A DNA stretch of 64,000 bases from assembly GCF_000143415.4 (NCBI RefSeq), contig NW_003314262.1, forward strand, positions 1,229,960 through 1,293,959. Direction: 5' to 3'. A program made the translations under genes and the position numbers. The notes beneath the pieces are model-generated. The model made no database searches. It was not told the DNA's origin and worked only from the letters and a program-made list of their open reading frames with translations. This DNA is from Selaginella moellendorffii. Lineage: Eukaryota > Plantae > Lycopodiophyta. Position 1 is the stretch's first letter; each line of letters starts with the position of its first letter. Positions 22,194 through 34,467 of this stretch are shown piece after piece.

Positions 22194-23054
22194 TTACCGA
22201 TAGAGAGAGTTTGAAGAGCTTGAAAACCTGTAATGTGGGTTTGGAAATTCTTGGTTATTGGTAGGCTCGTAAAGGCTCTGGGTGAACCAAATAACCTTTA
22301 GTGTATGAGCTCCACAGATCTCATACACCCTCTGCTCCGAACACGAGTCGGGAGCTGTGGCACTTGCTGCTATGCGCTTGGCGACGAGGCTTGACAGGAA
22401 TGCCTTGGCGTTCTTTTCACCAAGGTGCCCCACACCAACTGGCTGCCACTGCTCAACGTCTGTGTGACTCTGGAACCACTGCCAAAAAAAGTCGTCGCAG
22501 GTGGACATAATCACAACCCCAGTCCAATCTTGCTTGGTCATGGCTGGGAAACATCCCAGGAGGGTGCCTACATCCTGGTCGGACCACCGCTTCAGCCTGT
22601 CAACTTCATCGATGACAAAAATTGGCCTCCTATGCTGGTTTTCAGCCGCTAGGCTCATAAACCAACTCATGACAGAGCCCAAGTCCTTCACTGGCTCCGC
22701 TTTTAACAGCTCTAGAAAGCTCGATGCATCAAGGTTTACGCCCTTGAACGTCAGCTTCTTCAGATTGACACTGACACCTCCGATCGTCTTCAGAAGGGCC
22801 GCTGCCACATCTTTGAGCCAAGAAGCCCAAGCTCGCATCTGTCTTGCAATCTGTGCAGCAGCCAGCTCCGGGGAACTGAAGTCCGCAGCCCTCATGTCCA
22901 TGTAGAAGAGCGGCAACTGGGCTTTCAGCAGAGGGTTGGCATCCCACATCTTCCTGAGCTGCTTGAGCAGAGCAGACTTGCCTGAATTGTTGGGGCCTAT
23001 CACTACAGCGATGCGGTTGAAGCCTTCCTCAATATGTGTAAGCAGATCAGTCAT
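22194..23054 (-). CDS. Array unit 7, truncated ATPase (286 aa)
   Basis: Open ORF. Confidence 0.55.
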   Translation of the reverse strand: MTDLLTHIEEGFNRIAVVIGPNNSGKSALLKQLRKMWDANPLLKAQLPLFYMDMRAADFSSPELAAAQIARQMRAWASWLKDVAAALLKTIGGVSVNLKKLTFKGVNLDASSFLELLKAEPVKDLGSVMSWFMSLAAENQHRRPIFVIDEVDRLKRWSDQDVGTLLGCFPAMTKQDWTGVVIMSTCDDFFWQWFQSHTDVEQWQPVGVGHLGEKNAKAFLSSLVAKRIAASATAPDSCSEQRVYEICGAHTLKVIWFTQSLYEPTNNQEFPNPHYRFSSSSNSLYR

Positions 23055-23430
23055 CTCTTTGTGCCTATCAAAGAAGAAATGACTGATCGTCGTCGTTGAG
23101 CGACTTCTTCGTCATCATCATTGAGTGACTTCTTCAGCTCCCTCACCACTTCAGCCACCATAGCCGCCAAACCCTAAAATGTGTTAAACCTAAAGTCGCC
23201 CGTTACGTGGTTCCAATTTGGTATCAGAGAGACTAGTTGACTGTTTTAATTTTCTTTAGTTTATTTTCAAACAGATGAACTGCGAGATGGGACGTCAACT
23301 CAAAACATGTTGGAAGATCCAGATTCCTTGCTGGCTACAAGTTGTTGTAAGCTAAATGAATGCTAATCCATAGGAAGAGTTTTTCTTCCTGGCTAACTAG
23401 AGAACCTAACTGAAACTCTGGAGAACTAAT

Positions 23431-24366
23431 TTACCGATAGAGAGAGTTTGAAGAGCTTGAAAACCTGTAATGTGGTTTTGGAAATTCTTGGTTATTGGTA
23501 GGCTTGTAAAGGCTCTGGGTGAACCAAATAACCTTTAGTGTATGAGCTCCATAGATCTCATACACCCTCTGCTCCGACCACGAGTCAGGAGCTGTGGCAC
23601 TTGCTGCTATGCGCTTGGCAACAAGGCTTGACAGGAATGCCTTGGCGTTCTTTTCACCAAGGTGCCCCACACCAACTGGCTGCCACTGCTCAACGTCTGC
23701 GTGACTCTGGAACCACTGCCAAAAAAAGTCGTCGCAGGTGGACATAATCACAACCCCAGTCCAGTCTTGCTTGGTCATGGCTGGGAAACATCCCAGGAGG
23801 GTGCCTACATCCTGGTCGGACCACCGCTTCAGCCTGTCAGCTTCATCGATGACAAAAATTGGCCTCCTATGCTGGTTTTCAGCCTCCAGGCTCATAAACT
23901 AACTCATGACAAAGCCCAAGTCCTTCACTGGCTCCGCTTTTAACAGCTCTAGAAAGCTCGATGCATCAAGGTTTACGCCCTTGAACGTCAGCTTCTTCAG
24001 ATTGACACTGACACCTCCGATCGTCTTCAGAAGGGCCGCTGCCACATCTTTGAGCCAAGAAGCCCAAGCTCGCATCTGTCTTGCAATCTGTGCAGCAGCC
24101 AGCTCCGGGGAACTGAAGTCCGCAGCCCTCATGTCCATGTAGAAGAGCGGCAACTGGGCTTTCAGCAGAGGGTTGGCATCCCACATCTTCCTGAGCTGCT
24201 TGAGCAGAGCAGACTTGCCTGAATTGTTGGGGCCTATCACTACAGCGATGCGGTTGAAGCTTTCCTCAATATGTGTGAGCAGATCAGTCATCTCTTCGTG
24301 CCTATCAATGAAACCGTCGTCGTCGTTGAGCAACTTCTTCAGCTCCCTCACCACTTCAGCCACCAT
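23431..24366 (-). pseudogene. Array unit 8 (1205-bp type); internal W>stop
   Basis: TAG at 23899. Confidence 0.75.
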
Positions 24367-24719
24367 AGCCGCCAAAACCTAAAATGTGTTAAACCTAAAG
24401 TCGCCCGTTACGTGGTTCCAATTTGGTATCAGAGAGACTAGTTGACTGTTTTAATTTTCTTTAGTTTATTTTCAAACAGATGAACTGCGAGATGGGACGT
24501 CAACTCAAAACATGTTGAAAGATCCAGATTCCTTGCTGGCTACAAGTTGTTGTAAGCTAAACAAATGCTAATCTGTAGGAAGAGTTTTTCTTCCTGGCTA
24601 ACTAGAGAACCTGACTGAAACTCTGGAGAACTAATTTACCGATAGAGAGAGTTTGAAGAGCTTGAAAACCTGTAATGTGGGTTTGGAAATTCTTGGTTAT
24701 TGGTAGGCTCGTAAAGGCT

Positions 24720-25496
24720 CTAGGTGAACCAGATAACTTTTAGTGTATGAGCTCCACAGATCTCATACACCCTCTGCTCCGACCACGAGTCGGGAGCTGT
24801 GGCACTTGCTGCTATGCGCTTGGCGACGAGGCTTGACAGGAATGCCTTGGCGTTCTTTTCACCAAGGTGCCCCACACCAACTGGCTTCCACTGCTCAACA
24901 TCTGTGTGACTCTGGAACCACTGCCAAAAAAAGTCGTCGCAGGTGGACATAATCACAACCCCAGTCCAGTCCTGCTTGGTGATGGCTATGAAACATCCCA
25001 GGAGGGTGCCTACATCCTGGTCGGACCACCGCTTCAGCCTGTCAGCTTCATCGATGACAAAAATTGGCCTCCTATGCTGGTTTTCAGCCTCCAGGCTCAT
25101 AAACCAACTCATGACAAAGCCCAAGTCCTTCACTGGCTCCGCTTTTAACAGCTCTAGAAAGCTCGATGCATCAAGGTTTACGCCCTTGAACGTTAGCTTC
25201 TTCAGATTGACACTGACACCTCCGATCGTCTTCAAAAGGGCCGCTGCCACATCTTTGAGCCAAGAAGCCCAAGCTTGCATCTGTCTTGCAATCTGTGCAG
25301 CAGCCAGCTCCGGGGAACTGAAGTCCGCAGCCCTCATGTCCATGTAGAAGAGCGGCAACTGGGCTTTCAGTAGAGGGTTGGCATCCCACATCTTCCTAAG
25401 CTGCTTGAGCAGAGCAGACTTGCCTGAATTGTTGGGGCCTATCACTACAGCGATGCGGTTGAAGCCTTCCTCAATATGTGTGAGCAGATCAGTCAT
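24720..25496 (-). CDS. Array unit 9, truncated ATPase (258 aa)
   Basis: Open core, ends WFT*. Confidence 0.5.
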   Translation of the reverse strand: MTDLLTHIEEGFNRIAVVIGPNNSGKSALLKQLRKMWDANPLLKAQLPLFYMDMRAADFSSPELAAAQIARQMQAWASWLKDVAAALLKTIGGVSVNLKKLTFKGVNLDASSFLELLKAEPVKDLGFVMSWFMSLEAENQHRRPIFVIDEADRLKRWSDQDVGTLLGCFIAITKQDWTGVVIMSTCDDFFWQWFQSHTDVEQWKPVGVGHLGEKNAKAFLSSLVAKRIAASATAPDSWSEQRVYEICGAHTLKVIWFT

Positions 25497-25872
25497 CTCT
25501 TCGTGCCTATCAAAGAAGAAATGACTGATCGTCGTCGTTGAGCGACTTCTTCGTCATCATCATTGAGCGACTTCTTCAGCTCCCTCACCGCTTCAGCCAC
25601 CATAGCCGCCAAACCCTAAAATGTGTTAAACCTAAAGTCGCCCGTTACGTGGTTCCAATTTGGTATCAGAGAGACTAGTTGACTGTTTTAATTTTCTTTA
25701 GTTTATTTTCAAACAGATGAACTGCGAGATGGGACGTCAACTCAAAACATGTTGGAAGATCCAGATTCCTTGCTGGCTACAAGTTGTTGTAAGCTAAATG
25801 AATGCTAATCCATAGGAAGAGTTTTTCTTCCTGGCTAACTAGAGAACCTAACTGAAACTCTGGAGAACTAAT

Positions 25873-26733
25873 TTACCGATAGAGAGAGTTTGAAGAGCTT
25901 GAAAACCTGTAATGTGGTTTTGGAAATTCTTGGTTATTGGTAGGCTTGTAAAGGCTCTGGGTGAACCAGATAACCTTTAGTGTATGAGCTCCATAGATCT
26001 CATACACCCTCTGCTCCGACCACGAGTCAGGAGCTGTGGCACTTGCTGCTATGCGCTTGGCGACGAGGCTTGACAGGAATGCCTTGGCGTTCTTTTCACC
26101 AAGGTGCCCCACACCAACTGGCTGCCACTGCTCAACGTCTGCGTTACTCTGGAACCACTGCCAAAAATAGTCGTCGCAGGTGGACATAATCACAACCCCA
26201 GTCCAGTCTTGCTTGGTCATGGCTGGGAAACATCCTAGAAGGGTGCCTACATCCTGGTCGGACCACCGCTTCAGCCTGTCAGCTTCATCGATGACAAAAA
26301 TTGGCCTCCTATGCTGGTTTTCAGCCGCTAGGCTCATAAACCAACTCATGACAGAGCCCAAGTCCTTCACTGGCTCCGCTTTTAACAGCTCTAGAAAGCT
26401 CGATGCATCAAGGTTTACGCCCTTGAACGTCAGCTTCTTCAGATTGACACTGACACCTCCGATCGTCTTCAGAAGGGCCGCTGCCACATCTTTGAGCCAA
26501 GAAGCCCAAGCTCGCATCTGTCTTGCAATCTGTGCAGCAGCCAGCTCCGGGGAACTGAAGTCCGCAGCCCTCATGTCCATGTAGAAGAGCGGCAACTGGG
26601 CTTTCAGCAGAGGGTTGGCATCCCACATCTTCCTAAGCTGCTTGAGCAGAGCAGACTTGCCTGAATTGTTGGGGCCTATCACTACAGCGATGCGGTTGAA
26701 GCCTTCCTCAATATGTGTAAGCAGATCAGTCAT
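25873..26733 (-). CDS. Array unit 10, truncated ATPase (286 aa)
   Basis: Open ORF. Confidence 0.55.
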   Translation of the reverse strand: MTDLLTHIEEGFNRIAVVIGPNNSGKSALLKQLRKMWDANPLLKAQLPLFYMDMRAADFSSPELAAAQIARQMRAWASWLKDVAAALLKTIGGVSVNLKKLTFKGVNLDASSFLELLKAEPVKDLGSVMSWFMSLAAENQHRRPIFVIDEADRLKRWSDQDVGTLLGCFPAMTKQDWTGVVIMSTCDDYFWQWFQSNADVEQWQPVGVGHLGEKNAKAFLSSLVAKRIAASATAPDSWSEQRVYEIYGAHTLKVIWFTQSLYKPTNNQEFPKPHYRFSSSSNSLYR

Positions 26734-27109
26734 CTCTTCGTGCCTATCAAAGAAGAAATGACTGATCGTCGTCGTTGAGCGACTTCTTCGTCATCATCAT
26801 TGAGCGACTTCTTCAGCTCCCTCACCGCTTCAGCCACCATAGCCGCCAAACCCTAAAATGTGTTAAACCTAAAGTCGCCCGTTACGTGGTTCCAATTTGG
26901 TATCAGAGAGACTAGTTGACTGTTTTAATTTTCTTTAGTTTATTTTCAAACAGATGAGCTGTGAAATGGGACATCAACTCAAAACATGTTGGAAGATCCA
27001 GATTCCTTGCTGGCTACAAGTTGTTGTAAGATAAACAAATGCTAATCTGTAGGAAGAGTTCTTCTTCCTGGCTAACTAGAGAACCTAACTGAAACTCTGG
27101 AGAACTAAT

Positions 27110-27970
27110 TTACCGATAGAGAGAGTTTGAAGAGCTTGAAAACCTGTAATGTGGGTTTGGAAATTCTTGGTTATTGGTAGGCTCGTAAAGGCTCTGGGTG
27201 AACCAAATAACCTTTAGTGTATGAGCTCCACAGATCTCATACACCCTCTGCTCCGAACACGAGTCGGGAGCTGTGGCACTTGCTGCTATGCGCTTGGCGA
27301 CGAGGCTTGACAGGAATGCCTTGGCGTTCTTTTCACCAAGGTGCCCCATACCAACTGGCTGCCACTGCTCAACGTCTGTGTGACTCTGGAACCACTGCCA
27401 AAAAAAGTCGTCGCAGGTGGACATAATCACAACCCCAGTCCAATCTTGCTTGGTCATGGCTGGGAAACATCCCAGGAGGGTGCCTACATCCTGGTCGGAC
27501 CACCGCTTCAGCCTGTCAGCTTCATCGATGACAATAATTGGCCTCCTATGCTGGTTTTCAGCCGCTAGGCTCATAAACCAACTCATGACAGAGCCCAAGT
27601 CCTTCACTGGCTCCGCTTTTAACAGCTCTAGAAAGCTCGATGCATCAAGGTTTACGCCCTTGAACGTCAGCTTCTTGAGATCGACACTGACACCTCCGAT
27701 CGTCTTCAGAAGGGCCGCTGCCACATCTTTGAGCCAAGAAGCCCAAGCTCGCATCTGTCTTGCAATCTGTGCAGCAGCCAGCTCCGGGGAACTGAAGTCC
27801 GCAGCCCTCATGTCCATGTAGAAGAGCGGCAACTGGGCTTTCAGCAGAGGGTTGGCATCCCACATCTTCCTGAGCTGCTTGAGCAGAGCAGACTTGCCTG
27901 AATTGTTGGGGCCTATCACTACAGCGATGCGGTTGAAGCTTTCCTCAATATGTGTGAGCAGATCAGTCAT
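27110..27970 (-). CDS. Array unit 11, truncated ATPase (286 aa)
   Basis: Open ORF. Confidence 0.55.
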   Translation of the reverse strand: MTDLLTHIEESFNRIAVVIGPNNSGKSALLKQLRKMWDANPLLKAQLPLFYMDMRAADFSSPELAAAQIARQMRAWASWLKDVAAALLKTIGGVSVDLKKLTFKGVNLDASSFLELLKAEPVKDLGSVMSWFMSLAAENQHRRPIIVIDEADRLKRWSDQDVGTLLGCFPAMTKQDWTGVVIMSTCDDFFWQWFQSHTDVEQWQPVGMGHLGEKNAKAFLSSLVAKRIAASATAPDSCSEQRVYEICGAHTLKVIWFTQSLYEPTNNQEFPNPHYRFSSSSNSLYR

Positions 27971-28430
27971 CTCTTCGTGCCTATCAAAGAAGAAATGACT
28001 GATCGTCGTCGTTGAGCGACTTCTTCATCATCATCATTGAGCGACTTCTTCAGCTCCCTCACCGCTTCAGCCACCATAGCCGCCAAACCCTAAAATGTGT
28101 TAAACCTAAAGTCGCCCGTTACGTGGTTCCAATTTGGTATCAGAGAGACTAGTTGACTTTTTTTATTTTTTTTAGTTTATTTTCAAACAGATGAGCTGTG
28201 AAATGGGACATCAACTCAAAACATGTTGGAAGATCCAGATTCCTTGCTGGCTACAAGTTGTTGTAAGCTAAACAAATGCTAATCTGTAGGAAGAGTTTTT
28301 CTTCCTGGCTAACTAGAGAACCTGACCGAAACTCTGGAGAACTAATTTACCGATAGAGAGAGTTTGAAGAGCTTGAAAACCTGTAATGTGGGTTTGGAAA
28401 TTCTTGGTTATTGGTAGGCTCGTAAAGGCT

Positions 28431-29207
28431 CTAGGTGAACCAGATAACCTTTAGTGTATGAGCTCCACAGATCTCATACACCCTCTGCTCCGAACACGAG
28501 TCGGGAGCTGTGGCACTTGCTGCTATGCGCTTGGCGACGAGGCTTGACAGGAATGCCTTGGCGTTCTTTTCACCAAGGTGCCCCACACCAACTGGCTGCC
28601 ACTGCTCAACGTCTGCGTTACTCTGGAACCACTGCCAAAAAAAGTCGTCGCAGGTGGACATAATCACAACCCCAGTCCAGTCTTGCTTGGTCATGGCTGG
28701 GAAACATCCCAGGAGGGTGCCTACATCCTGGTCGGACCACCGCTTCAGCCTGTCAACTTCATCGATGACAAAAATTGGCCTCCTATGCTGGTTTTCAGCC
28801 GCTAGGCTCATAAACCAACTCATGACAGAGCCCAAGTCCTTCACTGGCTCCGCTTTTAACAGCTCTAGAAAGCTCGATGCATCAAGGTTTACGCCCTTGA
28901 ACGTCAGCTTCTTCAGATTGACACTGACACCTCCGATCGTCTTCAGAAGGGCCGCTGCCACATCTTTGAGCCAAGAAGCCCAAGCTCGCATCTGTCTTGC
29001 AATCTGTGCAGCAGCCAGCTCCGGGGAACTGAAGTCCGCAGCCCTCATGTCCATGTAGAAGAGCGGCAACTGGGCTTTCAGCAGAGGGTTGGCATCCCAC
29101 ATCTTCCTGAGCTGCTTGAGCAGAGCAGACTTGCCTGAATTGTTGGGGCCTATCACTACAGCGATGCGGTTGAAGCCTTCCTCAATATGTGTAAGCAGAT
29201 CAGTCAT
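28431..29207 (-). CDS. Array unit 12, truncated ATPase (258 aa)
   Basis: Open core, ends WFT*. Confidence 0.5.
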   Translation of the reverse strand: MTDLLTHIEEGFNRIAVVIGPNNSGKSALLKQLRKMWDANPLLKAQLPLFYMDMRAADFSSPELAAAQIARQMRAWASWLKDVAAALLKTIGGVSVNLKKLTFKGVNLDASSFLELLKAEPVKDLGSVMSWFMSLAAENQHRRPIFVIDEVDRLKRWSDQDVGTLLGCFPAMTKQDWTGVVIMSTCDDFFWQWFQSNADVEQWQPVGVGHLGEKNAKAFLSSLVAKRIAASATAPDSCSEQRVYEICGAHTLKVIWFT

Positions 29208-29667
29208 CTCTTTGTGCCTATCAAAGAAGAAATGACTGATCGTCGTCGTTGAGCGACTTCTTCGTCATCATCATTGAGCGACTTCTTCAGCTCCCTCACC
29301 GCTTCAGCCACCATAGCCGCCAAACCCTAAAATGTGTTAAACCTAAAGTCGCCCGTTACGTGGTTCCAATTTGGTATCAGAGAGACTAGTTGACTGTTTT
29401 AATTTTCTTTAGTTTATTTTCAAACAGATGAGCTGTGAAATGGGACATCAACTCAAAACATGTTGGAAGATCCAGATTCCTTGCTGGCTACAAGTTGTTG
29501 TAAGATAAACAAATGCTAATCTGTAGGAAGAGTTCTTCTTCCTGGCTAACTAGAGAATCTAACTGAAACTCTGGAGAACTAATTTACCGATAGAGAGAGT
29601 TTGAAGAGCTTGAAAACCTGTAATGTGGGTTTGGAAATTCTTGGTTATTGGTAGGCTCGTAAAGGCT

Positions 29668-30519
29668 CTAGGTGAACCAGATAACCTTTAGTGTATGAGC
29701 TCCACAGATCTCATACACCCTCTGCTCTGAACACGAGTCGGGAGCTGTGGCACTTGCTGCTATGCGCTTGGCGACGAGGCTTGACAGGAATGCCTTGGCG
29801 TTCTTTTCACCAAGGTGCCCCACACCAACTGGCTGCCACTGCTCAACGTCTGTGTGACTCTGGAACCACTGCCAAAAAAAGTCGTTGCAGGTGGACATAA
29901 TCACAACCCCAGTCCAGTCTTGCTTGGTCATGGCTGGGAAACATCCCAGGAGGGTGCCTACATCCTGGTCGGACCACCGCTTCAGCCTGTCAGCTTCATC
30001 GATGACAAAAATTGGCCTCCTATGCTGGTTTTCAGCCGCTAGGCTCATAAACTAACTCATGACAGAGCCCAAGTCCTTCACTGGCTCCGCTTTTAACAGC
30101 TCTAGAAAGCTCGATGCATCAAGGTTTACGCCCTTGAACGTCAGCTTCTTCAAATCGACACTGACACCTCCGATCGTCTTCAGAAGGGCCGCTGCCACAT
30201 CTTTGAGCCAAGAAGCCCAAGCTCGCATCTGTCTTGCAATCTGTGCAGCAGCCAGCTCCGGAGAACTGAAGTCCGCAGCCCTCATGTCCATGTAGAAGAG
30301 TGGCAACTGGGCTTTCAGCAGAGGGTTGGCATCCCACATCTTCCTGAGCTGCTTGAGCAGAGCAGACTTGCCTGAATTGTTGGGGCCTATCACTACAGCG
30401 ATGCGGTTGAAGCCTTCCTCAATATGTGTGAGCAGATCAGTCATCTCTTCGTGCCTATCAATGAAACCGTCGTCGTCGTTGAGCAACTTCTTCAGCTCCC
30501 TCACCGCTTCAGCCACCAT
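29668..30519 (-). pseudogene. Array unit 13 (1205-bp type); internal W>stop
   Basis: TAG at 30052. Confidence 0.75.
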
Positions 30520-30788
30520 AGCCGCCAAACCCTAAAATGTGTTAAACCTAAAGTCGCCCGTTACGTGGTTCCAATTTGGTATCAGAGAGACTAGTTGACT
30601 GTTTTAATTTTCTTTAGTTTATTTTCAAACAGATGAACTGCGAGATGGGACGTCAACTCAAAACATGTTGGAAGATCCAGATTCCTTGCTGGCTACAAGT
30701 TGTTGTAAGCTAAATGAATGCTAATCCTTAGGAAGAGTTTTTCTTCCTGGCTAACTAGAGAACCTAACTGAAACTCTGGAGAACTAAT

Positions 30789-31649
30789 TTACCGATAGAG
30801 AGAGTTTGAAGAGCTTGAAAACCTGTAATGTGGTTTTGGAAATTCTTGGTTATTGGTAGGCTTGTAAAGGCTCTGGGTGAACCAGATAACCTTTAGTGTA
30901 TGAGCTCCATAGATCTCATACACCCTCTGCTCCGACCACGAGTCGGGAGCTGTGGCACTTGCTGCTATGCGCTTGGCGACGAGGCTTGACAGGAATGCCT
31001 TGGCGTTCTTTTCACCAAGGTGCCCCACACCAACTGGCTGCCACTGCTCAACGTCTGCGTTACTCTGGAACCACTGCCAAAAAAAGTCGTCGCAGGTGGA
31101 CATAATCACAACCCCAGTCCAGTCTTGCTTGGTCATGGCTGGGAAACATCCCAGGAGGGTGCCTACATCCTGGTCGGACCACCGCTTCAGCCTGTCAACT
31201 TCATCGATGACAAAAATTGGCCTCCTATGCTGGTTTTCAGCCGCTAGGCTCATAAACCAACTCATGACAGAGCCCAAGTCCTTCACTGGCTCCGCTTTTA
31301 ACAGCTCTAGAAAGCTCGATGCATCAAGGTTTACGCCCTTGAACGTCAGCTTCTTCAGATTGACACTGACACCTCCAATCGTCTTCAAAAGGGCCGCTGC
31401 CACATCTTTGAGCCAAGAAGCCCAAGCTCGCATCTGTCTTGCAATCTGTGCAGCAGCCAGCTCCGGGGAACTGAAGTCCGCAGCCCTCATGTCCATGTAG
31501 AAGAGCGGCAACTGGGCTTTCAGCAGAGGGTTGGCATCCCACATCTTCCTAAGCTGCTTGAGCAGAGCAGACTTGCCTGAATTGTTGGGGCCTATCACTA
31601 CAGCGATGCGGTTGAAGCCTTCCTCAATATGTGTAAGCAGATCAGTCAT
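30789..31649 (-). CDS. Array unit 14, truncated ATPase (286 aa)
   Basis: Open ORF. Confidence 0.55.
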   Translation of the reverse strand: MTDLLTHIEEGFNRIAVVIGPNNSGKSALLKQLRKMWDANPLLKAQLPLFYMDMRAADFSSPELAAAQIARQMRAWASWLKDVAAALLKTIGGVSVNLKKLTFKGVNLDASSFLELLKAEPVKDLGSVMSWFMSLAAENQHRRPIFVIDEVDRLKRWSDQDVGTLLGCFPAMTKQDWTGVVIMSTCDDFFWQWFQSNADVEQWQPVGVGHLGEKNAKAFLSSLVAKRIAASATAPDSWSEQRVYEIYGAHTLKVIWFTQSLYKPTNNQEFPKPHYRFSSSSNSLYR

Positions 31650-32109
31650 CTCTTTGTGCCTATCAAAGAAGAAATGACTGATCGTCGTCGTTGAGCGACT
31701 TCTTCGTCATCATCATTGAGCGACTTCTTCAGCTCCCTCACCGCTTCAGCCACCATAGCCGCCAAACCCTAAAATGTGTTAAACCTAAAGTCGCCCGTTA
31801 CGTGGTTCCAATTTGGTATCAGAGAGACTAGTTGACTGTTTTAATTTTCTTTAGTTTATTTTCAAACAGATGAGCTGTGAAATGGGACATCAACTCAAAA
31901 CATGTTGGAAGATCCAGATTCCTTGCTGGCTACAAGTTGTTGTAAGCTAAACAAATGCTAATCTGTAGGAAGAGTTTTTCTTCCTGGCTAACTAGAGAAC
32001 CTGACTGAAACTCTGGATAACTAATTTACCGATAGAGAGAGTTTGAAGAGCTTGAAAACCTGTAATGTGGGTTTGGAAATTCTTGGTTATTGGTAGGCTC
32101 GTAAAGGCT

Positions 32110-32961
32110 CTAGGTGAACCAAATAACCTTTAGTGTATGAGCTCCACAGATCTCATACACCCTCTGCTCCGACCACGAGTCGGGAGCTGTGGCACTTGCT
32201 GCTATGCGCTTGGCGACGAGGCTTGACAGGAATGCCTTGGCGTTCTTTTCACCAAGGTGCCCCACACCAACTGGCTTCCACTGCTCAACATCTGTGTGAC
32301 TCTGGAACCACTGCCAAAAAAAGTCGTCGCAGGTGGACATAATCACAACCCCAGTCCAGTCCTGCTTGGTGATGGCTATGAAACATCCCAGGAGGGTGCC
32401 TACATCCTGGTCGGACCACCGCTTCAGCCTGTCAGCTTCATCGATGACAAAAATTGGCCTCCTATGCTGGTTTTCAGCCGCTAGGCTCATAAACAAACTC
32501 ATGACAGAGCCCAAGTCCTTCACTGGCTCCGCTTTTAACAGCTCTAGAAAGCTCGATGCATCAAGGTTTACGCCCTTGAACGTCAGCTTCTTCAGATTGA
32601 CACTGACACCTCCGATCGTCTTCAGAAGGGCCGCTGCCACATCTTTGAGCCAAGAAGCCCAAGCTCGCATCTGTCTTGCAATCTGTGCAGCAGCCAGCTC
32701 CGGGGAACTGAAGTCCGCAGCCCTCATGTCCATGTAGAAGAGCGGCAACTGGGCTTTCAGCAGAGGGTTGGCATCCCACATCTTCCTAAGCTGCTTGAGC
32801 AGAGCAGACTTGCCTGAATTGTTGGGGCCTATCACTACAGCGATGCGGTTGAAGCCTTCCTCAATATGTGTGAGCAGATCAGTCATCTCTTCGTGCCTAT
32901 CAATGAAACCGTCGTCGTCGTTGAGCAACTTCTTCAGCTCCCTCACCACTTCAGCCACCAT
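32110..32961 (-). CDS. Array unit 15, truncated ATPase with native N-terminus (283 aa)
   Basis: 1205-bp type; first ATG in frame; ends WFT*. Confidence 0.55.
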   Translation of the reverse strand: MVAEVVRELKKLLNDDDGFIDRHEEMTDLLTHIEEGFNRIAVVIGPNNSGKSALLKQLRKMWDANPLLKAQLPLFYMDMRAADFSSPELAAAQIARQMRAWASWLKDVAAALLKTIGGVSVNLKKLTFKGVNLDASSFLELLKAEPVKDLGSVMSLFMSLAAENQHRRPIFVIDEADRLKRWSDQDVGTLLGCFIAITKQDWTGVVIMSTCDDFFWQWFQSHTDVEQWKPVGVGHLGEKNAKAFLSSLVAKRIAASATAPDSWSEQRVYEICGAHTLKVIWFT

Positions 32962-33314
32962 AGCCGCCAAAACCTAAAATGTGTTAAACCTAAAGTCGCC
33001 CGTTACGTGGTTCCAATTTGGTATCAGAGAGACTAGTTGACTGTTTTAATTTTCTTTAGTTTATTTTCAAACAGATGAACTGCGAGATGGGACGTCAACT
33101 CAAAACATGTTGAAAGATCCAGATTCCTTGCTGGCTACAAGTTGTTGTAAGCTAAACAAATGCTAATCTGTAGGAAGAGTTTTTCTTCCTGGCTAACTAG
33201 AGAACCTGACTGAAACTCTGGAGAACTAATTTACCGATAGAGAGAGTTTGAAGAGCTTGAAAACCTGTAATGTGGGTTTGGAAATTCTTGGTTATTGGTA
33301 GGCTCGTAAAGGCT

Positions 33315-34091
33315 CTAGGTGAACCAGATAACTTTTAGTGTATGAGCTCCACAGATCTCATACACCCTCTGCTCCGACCACGAGTCGGGAGCTGTGGCAC
33401 TTGCTGCTATGCGCTTGGCGACGAGGCTTGACAGGAATGCCTTGGCGTTCTTTTCACCAAGGTGCCCCACACCAACTGGCTTCCACTGCTCAACGTCTGT
33501 GTGACTCTGGAACCACTGCCAAAAAAAGTCGTCGCAGGTGGACATAATCACAACCCCAGTCCGGTCCTGCTTGGTGATGGCTATGAAACATCCCAGGAGG
33601 GTGCCTACATCCTAGTCAGACCACCGCTTCAGCCTGTCAGCTTCATCGATGACAAAAATTGGCCTCCTATGCTGGTTTTCAGCCTCCAGGCTCATAAACT
33701 AACTCATGACAAAGCCCAAGTCCTTCACTGGCTCCGCTTTTAACAGCTCTAGAAAGCTCGATGCATCAAGGTTTACGCCCTTGAACGTCAGCTTCTTGAG
33801 ATCGACACTGACACCTCCGATCGTCTTCAGAAGGGCCGCTGCCACATCTTTGAGCCAAGAAGCCCAAGCTCGCATCTGTCTTGCAATCTGTGCAGCAGCC
33901 AGCTCCGGAGAACTGAAGTCCGCAGCCCTCATGTCCATGTAGAAGAGCGGCAACTGGGCTTTCAGCAGAGGGTTGGCATCCCACATCTTCCTGAGCTGCT
34001 TGAGCAAAGCAGACTTGCCTGAATTGTTGGGGCCTATCACTATAGTGATGCGGTTGAAGACTTCCTCAATATGTGTGAGCAGATCAGTCAT
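33315..34091 (-). pseudogene. Array unit 16; internal W>stop
   Basis: TAG at 33699. Confidence 0.75.
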
Positions 34092-34467
34092 CTCTTCGTG
34101 CCTATCAAAGAAGAAATGACTGATCGTCGTCGTTGAGCGACTTCTTCGTCATCATCATTGAGCGACTTCTTCAGCTCCCTCACCGCTTCAGCCACCATAG
34201 CCACCAAACCCTAAAATGTGTTAAACCTAAAGTCGCCCGTTACATGGTTCCAATTTGGTATCAGAGAGACTAGTTGACTGTTTTAATTTTCCTTAGTTTA
34301 TTTTCAAACAGATGAACTGCGAGATGGGATGTCAACTCAAAACATGTTGGAAGATCCAGATTCCTTGCTGGCTACAAGTTGTTGTAAGCTAAATGAATGC
34401 TAATCCATAGGAAGAGTTTTTCTTCCTGGCTAACTAGAGAACCTAACTGAAACTATAGAGAACTAAT